This document shows positions 47,107 through 57,863 of a stretch of DNA of 64,000 nucleotides, in pieces. Origin of the DNA: an uncultured Pontibacter sp. (GTDB lineage Bacteria; Bacteroidota; Bacteroidia; Cytophagales; Hymenobacteraceae). The stretch lies in assembly GCA_947499125.1 (NCBI GenBank), contig CANMMP010000006.1:114668-178667 (forward strand). The letters run 5' to 3'. The notes beneath the pieces were generated by a model, which saw nothing but the letters and a program-made list of their open reading frames with translations, was not told the DNA's origin and ran no database searches. Position 1 is the first letter of the stretch. Each line of letters starts with the position of its first letter. The position numbers and the translations under genes are program-made.

Positions 47107-47862
47107 ATGGGACAGAAAGTAAATCCGATTGGTTTTCGCCTAGGAGTTATCAAAGGTTGGGATTCTAACTGGTATGGCGGTAAAGATTTTGCTGAAAAGC
47201 TGGTTGAAGATGAGAAGATCAGAAAATACATATTAGCTCGTATTCCTAAAGGCGGTATCTCTAAGATCATTATTGAAAGAACACTGAAGCGCATTACAAT
47301 TACTATTAACACTGCCCGCCCGGGTGTTGTTATCGGTAAAGGCGGTCAGGAAGTAGATAAGATCAAAGAAGAACTTAAGAAGCTTACAAATAAAGATGTT
47401 CAGATCAATATCTTTGAGATTAAGCGTCCTGAGTTAGATGCTAAACTTGTTGGTGAATCAATCGCTCAGCAGTTACAAGCTCGTATCTCCTTCCGTCGTG
47501 CAATGAAGCAAGCTATCGCTTCGGCGTTACGTGTTGGTGCTGAAGGTATTAAAGTGCAGGTTTCAGGTCGTTTAGGCGGTGCTGAGATGGCACGTACTGA
47601 GCACTACAAAGAAGGTAGAACTCCACTACATACACTTCGTGCTGATATTGACTATGCTTTATCTGAAGCTCAGACCGTATATGGTAAGCTTGGAATTAAA
47701 GTATGGGTATTTAAAGGCGAGGTTTATGGTAAGAAAGACCTGACCCCTAATGCTGGATTAGAAAGCAAAGGCCCAGGTTCATCTCAGGGTGGTGACAGAC
47801 GTGGTGCAGGCAACCGTAAGAAGACGGATGGTGCTCCAAAGCGTAACAAGCGTCGTCAGTAA
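47107..47862 (+). CDS. rpsC: 30S ribosomal protein S3
   Basis: [13 protein letters not shown]; basic Gly/Arg C-terminal tail. Confidence 0.98.
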   Translation: MGQKVNPIGFRLGVIKGWDSNWYGGKDFAEKLVEDEKIRKYILARIPKGGISKIIIERTLKRITITINTARPGVVIGKGGQEVDKIKEELKKLTNKDVQINIFEIKRPELDAKLVGESIAQQLQARISFRRAMKQAIASALRVGAEGIKVQVSGRLGGAEMARTEHYKEGRTPLHTLRADIDYALSEAQTVYGKLGIKVWVFKGEVYGKKDLTPNAGLESKGPGSSQGGDRRGAGNRKKTDGAPKRNKRRQ

Positions 47863-47892
47863 TTGATTGCTAACATTATTAAGTTTTAGAAA

Positions 47893-48315
47893 ATGTTACA
47901 GCCGAAAAGGACTAAATATAGAAAAATGCAAAAAGGTCGCGTGAAGGGTCTTGCTCATAGAGGCAGCACCATTTCATTTGGATCATTTGCAATTAAATCT
48001 CTTGAAGCATCGTGGATCACTAGCCGCCAGATAGAAGCAGCACGTATCGCGATGACGAGAGCCATGAAACGTGAAGGACAAGTTTGGATCAGAATCTTCC
48101 CTGATAAGCCTATTACAAAGAAGCCTGCAGAGGTTCGTATGGGTAAGGGTAAAGGTTCTCCAGAGTATTGGGTAGCCGTGGTTAAGCCAGGTACGATCAT
48201 GTTCGAATCAGATGGTGTATCTCTAGATGTAGCTCGCGAATCATTAAGACTTGCTGCTCAGAAGTTACCTGTTAGATCAAAGTTTGTTGTACGTAGAGAT
48301 TACGTTGAGAAGTAG
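47893..48315 (+). CDS. rplP: 50S ribosomal protein L16
   Basis: [11 protein letters not shown]...RMGKGKG. Confidence 0.98.
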   Translation: MLQPKRTKYRKMQKGRVKGLAHRGSTISFGSFAIKSLEASWITSRQIEAARIAMTRAMKREGQVWIRIFPDKPITKKPAEVRMGKGKGSPEYWVAVVKPGTIMFESDGVSLDVARESLRLAAQKLPVRSKFVVRRDYVEK

Positions 48316-48319
48316 TAAT

Positions 48320-48520
48320 ATGAAAAATTCAGAAATCACAGCTTTGTCTTTAGAGGAACTACAAGAGAAGCTTAACACTGAGAAGACTAACATGCAAAAC
48401 CTGCGTTTTGCTCATGCCATATCTCCATTGGAAAACCCAATGAAAATCCGTGAGACAAAAGCAACAATTGCTCGTCTTAATACGGAGTTACGTCGCCGTG
48501 AAATTGAAGCTAACTCTTAA
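48320..48520 (+). CDS. rpmC: 50S ribosomal protein L29
   Basis: I chose the ATG at 48320 (MKNSEITALSLEELQEKL). The track start at 48251 overlaps rplP in another frame. Confidence 0.93.
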   Translation: MKNSEITALSLEELQEKLNTEKTNMQNLRFAHAISPLENPMKIRETKATIARLNTELRRREIEANS

Positions 48521-48532
48521 TACTTAATAAAA

Positions 48533-48790
48533 ATGGAAGAGAGAAATCTTAGAAAAGAAAGAAGTGGTAAGGTTGTTAGCAATAAAATGGACAAATCTAT
48601 CACTGTGCTTGTTGAAAGCAAAATGAAACACCCAATGTACGGGAAGTTTGTAAGCAAGTCCAATAAGTTCATGGCGCACGACGAGAAAAACGAATGCAAT
48701 ATAGGTGATACTGTACGCATTCAGGAAACACGTCCGCTTAGCAAGAACAAGAACTGGCGTTTAGTTGAAATCATAGAAAGAGCTAAGTAA
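48533..48790 (+). CDS. rpsQ: 30S ribosomal protein S17
   Basis: 85 aa; KSITVLVE....HP.YGK. Confidence 0.96.
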   Translation: MEERNLRKERSGKVVSNKMDKSITVLVESKMKHPMYGKFVSKSNKFMAHDEKNECNIGDTVRIQETRPLSKNKNWRLVEIIERAK

Positions 48791-48791
48791 G

Positions 48792-49160
48792 ATGATACAG
48801 CAAGAATCAAGATTAACTGTAGCTGACAATAGCGGTGCTAAAGAAGTTCTTTGCATCCGTGTCCTTGGTGGAACAGGAAAGAAATATGCGTCAATAGGTG
48901 ACCGTATTGTAGTAACTGTAAAGTCTGCCTTATCTTCTGGTAACATTAAGAAAGGAACAGTATCAAAAGCAGTTATTGTTAGAACGAAAAAAGAGATCCG
49001 TAGAAAAGATGGGTCTTATATCCGTTTCGATGATAACGCTGCTGTACTTCTTAACGCTAACAACGAGCCACGCGGTACGCGTATCTTTGGTCCAGTTGCA
49101 CGTGAACTTCGTGAGAAGCAATTCATGAAGATCGTATCACTTGCGCCTGAAGTTCTATAA
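48792..49160 (+). CDS. rplN: 50S ribosomal protein L14
   Basis: [17 protein letters not shown]. Confidence 0.98.
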   Translation: MIQQESRLTVADNSGAKEVLCIRVLGGTGKKYASIGDRIVVTVKSALSSGNIKKGTVSKAVIVRTKKEIRRKDGSYIRFDDNAAVLLNANNEPRGTRIFGPVARELREKQFMKIVSLAPEVL

Positions 49161-49179
49161 CTCCTAATTCTCAGTAAAG

Positions 49180-49500
49180 ATGAATAAGAAAAAACTTCAT
49201 GTAAAAACTGGCGATACAGTAAAAGTAATTGCTGGTGATGAGCGCGGTAAGACAGGCCGCATCGCATCTGTTTTAACAGATAAAAATAAAGTAATAGTAG
49301 AAGGATTAAACCTGGTAACGAAGCATACTAAACCTAGTGCAAGCAATCCTCAGGGTGGTATCTCTAAAACTGAAGCTCCTATCAATGCAAGTAATGTAAT
49401 GTTAGTTGATGCTAAAGGCGAAAGAGTAAAGGCTGCTAAGAGAAAGAACAGCGAAGGTAAGACTGAACGTTACTCTAAAAAGACAGGAGAAGTAATCTAA
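49180..49500 (+). CDS. rplX: 50S ribosomal protein L24
   Basis: KOW motif [16 protein letters not shown]. Confidence 0.96.
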   Translation: MNKKKLHVKTGDTVKVIAGDERGKTGRIASVLTDKNKVIVEGLNLVTKHTKPSASNPQGGISKTEAPINASNVMLVDAKGERVKAAKRKNSEGKTERYSKKTGEVI

Positions 49501-49501
49501 G

Positions 49502-50056
49502 ATGGCAACTGCAAGACTAAAAGAAAAATATCAAACGGAGGTAGTGCCTGCCCTGAAAGAGAAGTTCCAGTACAAGAACATCATGCAGGTGCCTAAAATT
49601 ACTAAGATCTCCATTAACAGAGGTATTGGTGCAGCTGTAGCTGATAAGAAGCTGGTTGACGTAGGAGTTGATGAATTATCAACTATTACTGGTCAGAAAG
49701 CAGTTGCTACAATAGCAAAGAAATCTGTTTCAAACTTCAAACTGCGTGAAGGTATGCCAATTGGTGCACGCGTTACGTTGAGAGGACAAAAGATGTATGA
49801 ATTCCTAGACAGACTTCTTACAATTGCTCTTCCACGTGTACGTGACTTCAGAGGTGTTAATGATAAAGGATTTGACGGTCGTGGTAATTATACCCTGGGT
49901 GTTAAAGAGCAGATCATTTTCCCTGAGATCAGCATCGATAAAATTAAATCCATTAGCGGTATGGACATAACTTTTGTAACGACAGCTAACACTGACGAGG
50001 AAAGCTATGAACTGCTTAAAGCTTTTGGGATGCCTTTCACTAACATTAAAAAGTAA
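49502..50056 (+). CDS. rplE: 50S ribosomal protein L5
   Basis: 184 aa; RLKEKY....VP.L and RDFRG. Confidence 0.97.
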   Translation: MATARLKEKYQTEVVPALKEKFQYKNIMQVPKITKISINRGIGAAVADKKLVDVGVDELSTITGQKAVATIAKKSVSNFKLREGMPIGARVTLRGQKMYEFLDRLLTIALPRVRDFRGVNDKGFDGRGNYTLGVKEQIIFPEISIDKIKSISGMDITFVTTANTDEESYELLKAFGMPFTNIKK

Positions 50057-50061
50057 TAACA

Positions 50062-50331
50062 ATGGCGAAAGAAGCAGTTAAAGCAAGAGAGCTTAAAAGA
50101 CAGAAAATGGTAGCAAAATATGCTGCTAAAAGAGCTGAATTGAAAGCTAATGGAGATTATGAAGCCTTAGATAAACTACCTAAGAATGCATCTCCGATCA
50201 GATTGCATAACAGATGCAAATTATCTGGCAGACCACGCGGTTACATGAGAAAGTTCGGTATCTCTCGTGTATTGTTCAGAGAATTAGCTCTGATGGGAAA
50301 AATTCCAGGTGTAACAAAGTCGAGCTGGTAA
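50062..50331 (+). CDS. rpsN: 30S ribosomal protein S14 (long, 89 aa form)
   Basis: [32 protein letters not shown]. Confidence 0.96.
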   Translation: MAKEAVKARELKRQKMVAKYAAKRAELKANGDYEALDKLPKNASPIRLHNRCKLSGRPRGYMRKFGISRVLFRELALMGKIPGVTKSSW

Positions 50332-50370
50332 TATTTTCTGATATCTATAGATAAGATACAGAAAAATATT

Positions 50371-50378
50371 TATCTTTG
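50371..50378 (+). promoter_or_regulatory. -7-like box TATCTTTG in the rpsN-rpsH spacer (possible internal promoter)
   Basis: Matches TAnnTTTG, but I found no clear TTG at -33. It directly follows an AT-rich palindrome (50330-50370). Confidence 0.3.
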
Positions 50379-50421
50379 CGGCTCGCTTAGAAAAAAGCGA
50401 TCATTATTTAAGTCATTCATA

Positions 50422-50820
50422 ATGAACTCAGATCCAATAGCAGATTATTTAACTCGCGTGCGTAATGCCATAAAGGCTAACCACAGGATAGTTGAAATAC
50501 CATCTAGCAACATTAAAAAGGAAATAACAAAAGTTCTGTACGATAAAGGGTACATTCAAAGTTACAAATTTGAAGACTCAGCAGTACAGGGCAATATTAA
50601 AATAGCTCTGAAGTATAACCCTTCAACTAAGCAGTCTGCGATTGTTAAGTTGGAGCGTATTAGCAAGCCAGGGCTTCGTAAGTATGCCGGTAGTGAGGAA
50701 CTGCCACGTGTATTGAATGGTTTAGGCGTAGCTATCGTGTCTACATCTAAGGGCGTGATGACCGATAAGGAAGCACGCACTCAGAATATAGGTGGCGAAG
50801 TTTTATGTTATGTTTATTAA
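50422..50820 (+). CDS. rpsH: 30S ribosomal protein S8
   Basis: DPIADYLTRVRNA; 132 aa. Confidence 0.97.
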   Translation: MNSDPIADYLTRVRNAIKANHRIVEIPSSNIKKEITKVLYDKGYIQSYKFEDSAVQGNIKIALKYNPSTKQSAIVKLERISKPGLRKYAGSEELPRVLNGLGVAIVSTSKGVMTDKEARTQNIGGEVLCYVY

Positions 50821-50835
50821 TAAGGAGGAGAGACA

Positions 50836-51390
50836 ATGTCACGTATAGGAAAATTGCCAATCAACCTGCCAAACAATACAGAAATATCTGTTGATGATAA
50901 AAACCTGGTAACTGTTAAAGGTCCTAAAGGAACTCTGACTACTCGTGTTGATGCTGATATGACAGTGAAGCAGGAGGACAACCAGATTATCGTAGAAAGA
51001 CCAACTGAGCAGAAGCGTCACAGAGCGATGCACGGTTTATACAGATCACTTATTAACAATATGGTGATCGGTGTAAGCGAAGGTTATAAAGAACAGCTTG
51101 AACTTGTAGGTGTAGGTTACAAAGCTTCAGTACAGGGTCAGGTTCTTGAACTGTCATTAGGTTATTCACACAATATATTCGTGTCGTTACCAGCTGAGAT
51201 AGCTGCAACTGCTGTTACTGAAAAAGGTAAAGCGCCAGTTGTTACATTAGAAAGCAACGATAAGCAGCTAATTGGCCAAGTTGCTGCTAAGATCAGATCA
51301 CTGCGTAAGGTTGAGCCATACAAAGGAAAAGGTATTCGATTTGTTGGTGAAGTTGTAAGAAGAAAAGCTGGTAAGACAGCATCTAAATAA
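50836..51390 (+). CDS. rplF: 50S ribosomal protein L6
   Basis: MSRIGKLPI...V.GPKG.L. Confidence 0.97.
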   Translation: MSRIGKLPINLPNNTEISVDDKNLVTVKGPKGTLTTRVDADMTVKQEDNQIIVERPTEQKRHRAMHGLYRSLINNMVIGVSEGYKEQLELVGVGYKASVQGQVLELSLGYSHNIFVSLPAEIAATAVTEKGKAPVVTLESNDKQLIGQVAAKIRSLRKVEPYKGKGIRFVGEVVRRKAGKTASK

Positions 51391-51398
51391 TCATCATC

Positions 51399-51749
51399 AT
51401 GTCTGCAAATAAAGTACAAAGAAGATCGAAAATTAAGAAAAGCATCAGAAGAAAGGTATCTGGTACTTCAGAGAAGCCAAGACTGTCTGTTTTCAGAAGT
51501 AATCGTGTGATTTATGCACAGATTATTGATGATGTTGCTGGTGTAACTATTGCTGCTGCCTCTTCAGCTAAGATGGAAGATGCTACTAAAGCTAACATTG
51601 AAACTGCTGCGAGAGTAGGTAAAGAGATTGCTTCAAAAGCTATTGAAAAAGGAATATCTCAGGTTGTTTTCGACCGTTCAGGATACCTTTATCATGGTAA
51701 AGTAAAATCATTGGCTGAAGGAGCTAGAGAAGCTGGCCTTAAATTCTAA
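51399..51749 (+). CDS. rplR: 50S ribosomal protein L18
   Basis: [16 protein letters not shown]...FDR.GY.YHG.V..LA...RE.GL.F. Confidence 0.97.
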   Translation: MSANKVQRRSKIKKSIRRKVSGTSEKPRLSVFRSNRVIYAQIIDDVAGVTIAAASSAKMEDATKANIETAARVGKEIASKAIEKGISQVVFDRSGYLYHGKVKSLAEGAREAGLKF

Positions 51750-51755
51750 AATATT

Positions 51756-52274
51756 ATGTTGAAGAACAATATACGTAGTGTAAAGGCTAGCGAAATCGAG
51801 TTAAAAGAGAGAGTAGTAGCTATAAACAGAGTTGCCAAAGTTGTTAAAGGTGGTAGAAGATTTAGCTTCGCTGCTATAGTTGTAGTTGGTGACGGTAATG
51901 GTGTAGTAGGTTACGGCTTAGGTAAAGCTAATGAAGTAACTGATGCTATTGCAAAAGGTATCGATGATGCAAAGAAAAACTTAGTTAAAGTTCCTCTTTA
52001 TCATCATACTGTTCCACATTCAATGGAAGGTAAATATTCTGGTGGTTATGTACTTGTTAAGCCAGCTGCACCAGGAACAGGTGTAATTGCAGGTGGTGCA
52101 ATGCGTGCAGTACTTGAAAGTGCCGGTATAAAAGACGTACTTTGCAAGTCTAAAGGCTCGTCAAACCCGCATAACGTGGTTAAGGCAACTTTTGATGCCT
52201 TGGCTAATATGCGTGATCCATTGGCAGTAGCACAGCAAAGAGGAGTAAATTTACAGAAAGTATTTAATGGTTAA
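51756..52274 (+). CDS. rpsE: 30S ribosomal protein S5
   Basis: [27 protein letters not shown]. Confidence 0.97.
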   Translation: MLKNNIRSVKASEIELKERVVAINRVAKVVKGGRRFSFAAIVVVGDGNGVVGYGLGKANEVTDAIAKGIDDAKKNLVKVPLYHHTVPHSMEGKYSGGYVLVKPAAPGTGVIAGGAMRAVLESAGIKDVLCKSKGSSNPHNVVKATFDALANMRDPLAVAQQRGVNLQKVFNG

Positions 52275-52278
52275 TGTC

Positions 52279-52458
52279 ATGGCGAAAGTAACTATCACAC
52301 AAGTTAAAAGCATTATTGACAGACCTAAATCACAGAAGCTTACAATGCAAGCTTTAGGCTTAGGCAAAATCAATAAATCAGTAACTGTAGAGTTAACCCC
52401 ACAGATTGCTGGTATGGTAAACAAGGTTCATAATTTGATCGAAGTTAAAGAACAATAA
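52279..52458 (+). CDS. rpmD: 50S ribosomal protein L30
   Basis: I chose the ATG at 52279 (MAKVTITQVKS). The track start at 52267 overlaps the rpsE stop. Confidence 0.93.
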   Translation: MAKVTITQVKSIIDRPKSQKLTMQALGLGKINKSVTVELTPQIAGMVNKVHNLIEVKEQ

Positions 52459-52459
52459 A

Positions 52460-52906
52460 ATGTATTTAAATTCATTACAACCTGCAGAAGGGGCTGTCAA
52501 GACTAGAAAAAGAATTGGCCGCGGTACCGGATCTGGTAGAGGTGGTACTTCTACAAGAGGTCACAAAGGTGCTAAGTCTCGTTCAGGTTATTCTCAGAAA
52601 TCAGGCTTTGAAGGTGGTCAGATGCCACTTCAGAGACGCGTTCCTAAGTTTGGCTTTAAAAACATCAACAGAGTTGAGTATAAAGCAATCAACTTAGATG
52701 TTATTCAGTCTCTGGCTGAAAGCACAGGTGAAACAGTTCTTAACTTTGATTTTTTCAAAGCTCACGGATTAGTTTCTAAGAACGACAAAGTTAAAGTATT
52801 GGGTAGAGGTGAGATCAGTAAAGCGGTAGAGGTTCATGCCCATGCTTTCTCTCAGACAGCTATATCAACAATTGAAAAAGCAGGCGGTAAAACAGTAGCT
52901 ATCTAA
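52460..52906 (+). CDS. rplO: 50S ribosomal protein L15
   Basis: L.SL.PA.GA...RKR.GRG.GSG.G.T..RGHKG. Confidence 0.97.
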   Translation: MYLNSLQPAEGAVKTRKRIGRGTGSGRGGTSTRGHKGAKSRSGYSQKSGFEGGQMPLQRRVPKFGFKNINRVEYKAINLDVIQSLAESTGETVLNFDFFKAHGLVSKNDKVKVLGRGEISKAVEVHAHAFSQTAISTIEKAGGKTVAI

Positions 52907-52911
52907 ACTGT

Positions 52912-54228
52912 ATGAAGAAGTTTATAACAACAATAAAGAACATATTTGCTATTGAGGATCTACGCGTTAGAATACTTAATACAATCGGTTTCATAGCAAT
53001 ATTCAGACTTGGTTCTTTTGTTGTTCTTCCTGGTATTGATCCTAATCAATTAAAAGCAAATACATCCGGTCTATTCGGATTGTTAGATACTTTCTTAGGT
53101 GGAGCATTCAGTAATGCTTCCATCTTTGCATTAGGTATCATGCCATATATATCAGCTTCTATTGTACTTCAGCTATTAACAATTGCTGTACCCTACTTTC
53201 AAAAGATGCAGAAGGAGGGTGAGTCAGGTAGAAAAAAAATCAACCAGATCACCCGAGTTCTTACCATTATAATAACCTTAGCACAAGCCGTAGGCTTTGT
53301 TGCTACTATTAATAGCGAGGCAATCGCTATTAACCCGACCATGTTTACGATCACATCAATGATCGTTCTAACAGCAGGAACTATATTCTGTATGTGGTTA
53401 GGTGAAAAAATTACGGATAAAGGTATTGGTAATGGTATATCGATGCTGATTATGATCGGTATCATATCACGATTCCCAGGTGCAATTGCTGCTGAGTTCT
53501 TATCAAAGCAATTAAATGGTGCCTTATTATTCTTATTTGAATTAGCAATTCTGTTCTTCGTTGTAATGTCAGTTGTAATGCTAACACAAGCAATCAGAAG
53601 AATTCCTGTACAATACGCTAAACAAGTTGGAGGTAGCTCTTTATATAGTGGTCAACGTCAGTTTATACCTTTAAAGGTTAATGCTGCTGGTGTAATGCCT
53701 ATCATATTTGCTCAGTCCCTTATGTTCCTGCCATCAATGGTTGCGGGTCTATGGGCTGACACGAGTGAAACGGCTAATTATATCGGATCAACTTTCTCTG
53801 ACTTTACTTCGTGGCAGTATAACTTAGTATTTGGTTTACTTATTCTTGTATTCACTTACTTTTATACAGCCATTAGTGTTGATCCAAATCGTATTGCAGA
53901 TGACTTGAAAAGAAGTGGTGGTTTCATACCAGGTGTAAAGCCAGGTCGTGCGACATCAGAATATATAGATTCAATTCTAACTAAGATAACATTACCAGGA
54001 GCTATCTATCTTGCTTTAGTTGCTATATTCCCTGCAATTGCAATGTTGTTAGGTGTGACAAGTGAGTTTGCACAGTTCTTTGGAGGTACATCTTTGATTA
54101 TTATGGTTGGTGTAGTGCTAGATACATTACAGCAGATTGAAAGTTATTTATTAATGCGTCATTACGATGGCATGATGAAATCAGGTAAACTGAGAGGAAG
54201 AACTGAGAACATAGCTATGGTATCTTAA
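52912..54228 (+). CDS. secY: Preprotein translocase subunit SecY
   Basis: 438 aa, about 10 TM segments; LGIMPYISASI and GGFIPG..PG..T. Confidence 0.97.
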   Translation: MKKFITTIKNIFAIEDLRVRILNTIGFIAIFRLGSFVVLPGIDPNQLKANTSGLFGLLDTFLGGAFSNASIFALGIMPYISASIVLQLLTIAVPYFQKMQKEGESGRKKINQITRVLTIIITLAQAVGFVATINSEAIAINPTMFTITSMIVLTAGTIFCMWLGEKITDKGIGNGISMLIMIGIISRFPGAIAAEFLSKQLNGALLFLFELAILFFVVMSVVMLTQAIRRIPVQYAKQVGGSSLYSGQRQFIPLKVNAAGVMPIIFAQSLMFLPSMVAGLWADTSETANYIGSTFSDFTSWQYNLVFGLLILVFTYFYTAISVDPNRIADDLKRSGGFIPGVKPGRATSEYIDSILTKITLPGAIYLALVAIFPAIAMLLGVTSEFAQFFGGTSLIIMVGVVLDTLQQIESYLLMRHYDGMMKSGKLRGRTENIAMVS

Positions 54229-54231
54229 TAA

Positions 54232-55005
54232 ATGATCTTTTATAAAACTGAAGAAGAAATTGAGCTAATTCGCCAAAGTGCTTTAATATTAGGTAAAGCA
54301 CATGGCGAAGTAGCTTCTCTCATAAAAGAGGGAATTACTACTGCAGAACTTGATAAAAGAGCTGAAGAGTTTATAAAGGACCACGGAGCTCAACCTTCAT
54401 TTTTGAACTATAATGGTTTCCCTTATAGTTTATGTATTTCACCCAATGCAGTAGTGGTACATGGTTTCCCAGGGAAACATGTTTTAAAAGAGGGTGATAT
54501 TATTTCAGTAGATTGCGGAGTATACTATAAAGGATATCATAGTGACTCTGCTTATACGCATGCAATAGGTAATGTGTCTCCTGAGGTTGAAAAGTTACTT
54601 ACAGTAACGAAAGAGAGCCTAGCGAAAGGAATTGAAAAAGCCGTAGCTGGAAATCGATTGGGAGATATAAGTTATCAGATTCAACAATATGCTGAAGCAA
54701 ATGGCTTTAGTGTAGTAAGAGAATTAGTAGGTCATGGAATTGGCCGTAATTTACACGAAGCTCCTGAGGTACCTAATTATGGTAAACGTGGGCAGGGTAT
54801 TAAATTACAGGAAGGTCTGGTTTTGGCAATAGAGCCAATGATCAATCTTGGTGCTAAAAGTATAGTACAAGAAGATGATGGCTGGACCATTAGAACAAGA
54901 GATAAAATGCCTTCTGCCCATTTTGAGCATACGGTTGTAATAAGGAAAGGTAAAGCAGAAGTGTTAACTACCTTCGAATATATAGAAAAAGCTAAAAAAG
55001 CATAA
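54232..55005 (+). CDS. map: Type I methionine aminopeptidase
   Basis: 257 aa with metal ligands in the D..D...H...E...E pattern (VDCGV.Y.GYHSDSA; GHGIG...HE.P; EPM; FEHTV). Confidence 0.96.
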   Translation: MIFYKTEEEIELIRQSALILGKAHGEVASLIKEGITTAELDKRAEEFIKDHGAQPSFLNYNGFPYSLCISPNAVVVHGFPGKHVLKEGDIISVDCGVYYKGYHSDSAYTHAIGNVSPEVEKLLTVTKESLAKGIEKAVAGNRLGDISYQIQQYAEANGFSVVRELVGHGIGRNLHEAPEVPNYGKRGQGIKLQEGLVLAIEPMINLGAKSIVQEDDGWTIRTRDKMPSAHFEHTVVIRKGKAEVLTTFEYIEKAKKA

Positions 55006-55224
55006 ATGGCGAAACAGTCATCTATTGAACAGGACGGAACAATTGTAGAGGCATTATCAAATGCTATGTTCCGGGTAGAATTAGAAAACGGACATCAACT
55101 GATAGCTCACATCTCCGGGAAAATGAGAATGAATTACATTAAAATTCTCCCTGGTGATAAAGTTAAATTAGAAATGTCACCCTATGATTTAACAAAAGGT
55201 CGGATTGTTTATCGATATAAATAA
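55006..55224 (+). CDS. infA: Translation initiation factor IF-1
   Basis: 72 aa; [19 protein letters not shown]...AHISGKMR...I.ILPGDKV..E.SPYDL.KGRI.YR. Confidence 0.98.
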   Translation: MAKQSSIEQDGTIVEALSNAMFRVELENGHQLIAHISGKMRMNYIKILPGDKVKLEMSPYDLTKGRIVYRYK

Positions 55225-55229
55225 ATACA

Positions 55230-55346
55230 ATGAAAGTTAAAGCATCAGTAAAAAAGAGAAGTGCTGAATGTAAAGTTATCCGCCGGAAGGGGAAACTTTA
55301 TGTCATCAACAAAAAGAATCCAAGATATAAACAAAGACAAGGATAA
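55230..55346 (+). CDS. rpmJ: 50S ribosomal protein L36
   Basis: 38-aa ORF below the track's size cut-off: [38 protein letters not shown]. It occupies the canonical infA-rpmJ-rpsM position. Confidence 0.93.
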   Translation: MKVKASVKKRSAECKVIRRKGKLYVINKKNPRYKQRQG

Positions 55347-55356
55347 TTAAAAGAGT

Positions 55357-55734
55357 ATGGCTAGAATAGCAGGAGTAGATATTCCGGATAACAAGAGAGG
55401 CGAGATAGCGCTAACTTATATTTTTGGTATAGGTCGCAATCTGTCAAAGACTATCTTAAGCAAAGCCGGGGTGGATCTTGACAAGAAAGTGAAGGACTGG
55501 ACTGAAGATGAGTCTAACGAGATCAGAAATATTATCGCAACTGATCACAAAACTGAAGGTGTATTAAGATCTGAAGTACAGTTGCACATTAAGCGTCTTC
55601 TTGACATTGGTTGCTACCGTGGTTTAAGACACCGTAAGGGTCTGCCGGTTCGTGGACAGCGTACCAAAAATAACTCTCGTACGAGAAAAGGTAAGCGTAA
55701 GACAGTTGCAAACAAGAAGAAAGCTTCTAAATAA
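55357..55734 (+). CDS. rpsM: 30S ribosomal protein S13
   Basis: [10 protein letters not shown]...[22 protein letters not shown]. Confidence 0.98.
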   Translation: MARIAGVDIPDNKRGEIALTYIFGIGRNLSKTILSKAGVDLDKKVKDWTEDESNEIRNIIATDHKTEGVLRSEVQLHIKRLLDIGCYRGLRHRKGLPVRGQRTKNNSRTRKGKRKTVANKKKASK

Positions 55735-55744
55735 TTAATTGATC

Positions 55745-56137
55745 ATGGCTCAGAAAAGAAAAGACAAAGCTAAAAAGCGTGTAGTAGTTGTGGAAGCAAC
55801 TGGCCAGGTACACATTAAAGCTTCTTTCAACAATATTATTATCTCAGTAACCAACAATGCAGGTCAAGTAATATCTTGGGCTTCTGCTGGTAAAATGGGT
55901 TTTAAAGGTTCTAAAAAGAACACTCCTTACGCTGCACAAATGGCAGCTTCTGATTGTGCTAAGGTTGCTTATGACCTTGGAATGCGCAAAGCAGAAGTTT
56001 TTGTTAAAGGCCCAGGTGCAGGTAGAGAGTCCGCCATCCGTACTGTGCAAAATTCAGGTATAGAGGTAACTACTATTAAGGACGTTACTCCGCTACCTCA
56101 CAACGGATGCCGTCCTCCTAAACGCAGAAGAGTTTAA
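55745..56137 (+). CDS. rpsK: 30S ribosomal protein S11
   Basis: I chose the ATG at 55745; the track TTG is at 55739. Motifs HIKASFNN and GFKGSKK.TPYAAQ. Confidence 0.96.
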   Translation: MAQKRKDKAKKRVVVVEATGQVHIKASFNNIIISVTNNAGQVISWASAGKMGFKGSKKNTPYAAQMAASDCAKVAYDLGMRKAEVFVKGPGAGRESAIRTVQNSGIEVTTIKDVTPLPHNGCRPPKRRRV

Positions 56138-56158
56138 TTTTAAAGTAGATTAAATAAA

Positions 56159-56764
56159 ATGGCAAGATATACAGGCCCTAAAAGCAAGATCTCTAGAAAG
56201 TTTAACGAAGAGATCTTTGGCCCAAGCAAAGCATTAAAAAAGAAAGCATATCCTCCGGGACAGCACGGCCGTGGTCGTCGTAAGAAGCAGTCTGAATACG
56301 CAGTTCAGTTGGCTGAAAAGCAGAAGGCAAAATACATCTATGGTGTATTGGAAAAGCAATTTGCTAACCTGTTCGAGAAAGCTCATAGAAAAGGCGGTAT
56401 TACTGGTGAGAACCTTTTGATACTTCTTGAATCTAGATTAGATAATACAGTTTACCGTTTAGGTATTGCTCCAACTCGTAGAGCAGCACGTCAGCTTGTA
56501 TTGCATAAGCATATAACTGTAAACGGTGGTATAGTAAATATACCTTCTTATAGCTTAAAAGTTGGTGATGTTATAGCTGTTAGAGAGAAGTCAAAATCTC
56601 TTGAGGCGATTACGACAAGTTTAACTGTTCGTAATGCAAGACAGTTTAGCTGGTTAGAGTGGGATGCAACTGAAATGGCTGGTAAGTTTATCTCTGCACC
56701 TCAGCGTGACCTGATCCCGGAGAAGATCCAGGAGCAGTTAATCGTTGAACTTTACTCTAAGTAA
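56159..56764 (+). CDS. rpsD: 30S ribosomal protein S4
   Basis: [11 protein letters not shown]... and LE.RLDN.VYR.G.A.TR..ARQLV.H.HI.VNG. Confidence 0.98.
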   Translation: MARYTGPKSKISRKFNEEIFGPSKALKKKAYPPGQHGRGRRKKQSEYAVQLAEKQKAKYIYGVLEKQFANLFEKAHRKGGITGENLLILLESRLDNTVYRLGIAPTRRAARQLVLHKHITVNGGIVNIPSYSLKVGDVIAVREKSKSLEAITTSLTVRNARQFSWLEWDATEMAGKFISAPQRDLIPEKIQEQLIVELYSK

Positions 56765-56804
56765 TAAGCAGCATAATCAATTTTTAACCTTTAACACTGC
56801 AAGT

Positions 56805-57797
56805 ATGTCAATATTAGCGTTTCAAATGCCAGAGAAAGTGGTAATGGAGAAAGCCGACGACTTTCATGGTACATTTGAATTTAAGCCGCTTGAAAAAGGT
56901 TACGGTGTAACCATCGGTAATGCTCTACGCAGAATTCTGCTTTCTTCTCTGGAAGGTTATGCAATTACAAGCGTACGCATACCAGGTGTACTGCACGAAT
57001 TTTCATCAGTTGAAGGTGTGGTGCAGGATGTTTCTGATATCATCCTGAACCTGAAAATGGTTCGCTTCAAGAAAGTAAGCGAAGTAATCGATGATAAGAT
57101 CACAGTTACTATCAATGGTGCAGATACTTTCTATGCCGGCGATATCAATAAGTTTACAACTAGCTTTGAGGTTTTAAACCCGGAGTTGGTGATCTGTAAC
57201 TTAGACAAGAACTTATCTATAGAAGTTGAGCTTACAGTTCAGAAAGGACGTGGTTACGTTCCTGCTGAAGAAAATAAGCCGGCTACTGACCAGGTTTTTG
57301 GTCTGATCGCGATCGACTCAATCTTTACACCAATTAAGAATGTAAAGTTTAGTGTTGAAAACACGCGTGTTGAGCAAAAGACCGACTACGAAAAACTTCT
57401 GCTTGAAATTCAGACTGACGGATCAATTCATCCGGAGGAAGCACTTAAAGGAGCTGCAAATATCCTTATACAGCACTTTATGTTGTTCTCTGATAACACC
57501 ATGACTTTTGAAACTGCCAAGCCAGAAGAAGAAGAGGTTGTAGACGAAGAACTGCTGCATATGCGCAAAGTTCTGAAGACACCACTTCAGGATATGGACT
57601 TATCTGTTAGAGCATACAACTGTTTAAAAGCCGCGGATATCAAGACGCTTGGTGACCTGGTGCAGTTAGATATTTCTGATATGATGAAATTCCGTAACTT
57701 TGGTAAAAAGTCACTTACTGAGTTAGAAAACTTAGTGCAGGAGAAAGGTTTAACTTTTGGAATGGACCTTTCTAAATATAAATTAGAAGAAGAATAA
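56805..57797 (+). CDS. rpoA: DNA-directed RNA polymerase subunit alpha
   Basis: I chose the ATG at 56805 ([12 protein letters not shown]). [11 protein letters not shown] and the C-terminal domain [10 protein letters not shown]...I..LG.L. Confidence 0.96.
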   Translation: MSILAFQMPEKVVMEKADDFHGTFEFKPLEKGYGVTIGNALRRILLSSLEGYAITSVRIPGVLHEFSSVEGVVQDVSDIILNLKMVRFKKVSEVIDDKITVTINGADTFYAGDINKFTTSFEVLNPELVICNLDKNLSIEVELTVQKGRGYVPAEENKPATDQVFGLIAIDSIFTPIKNVKFSVENTRVEQKTDYEKLLLEIQTDGSIHPEEALKGAANILIQHFMLFSDNTMTFETAKPEEEEVVDEELLHMRKVLKTPLQDMDLSVRAYNCLKAADIKTLGDLVQLDISDMMKFRNFGKKSLTELENLVQEKGLTFGMDLSKYKLEEE

Positions 57798-57863
57798 TAA
57801 TCTACGGCATAATTCCCGATCCCGAAAGGTTGATCGACGGTATGCACGTGCACAATCAAAAAA

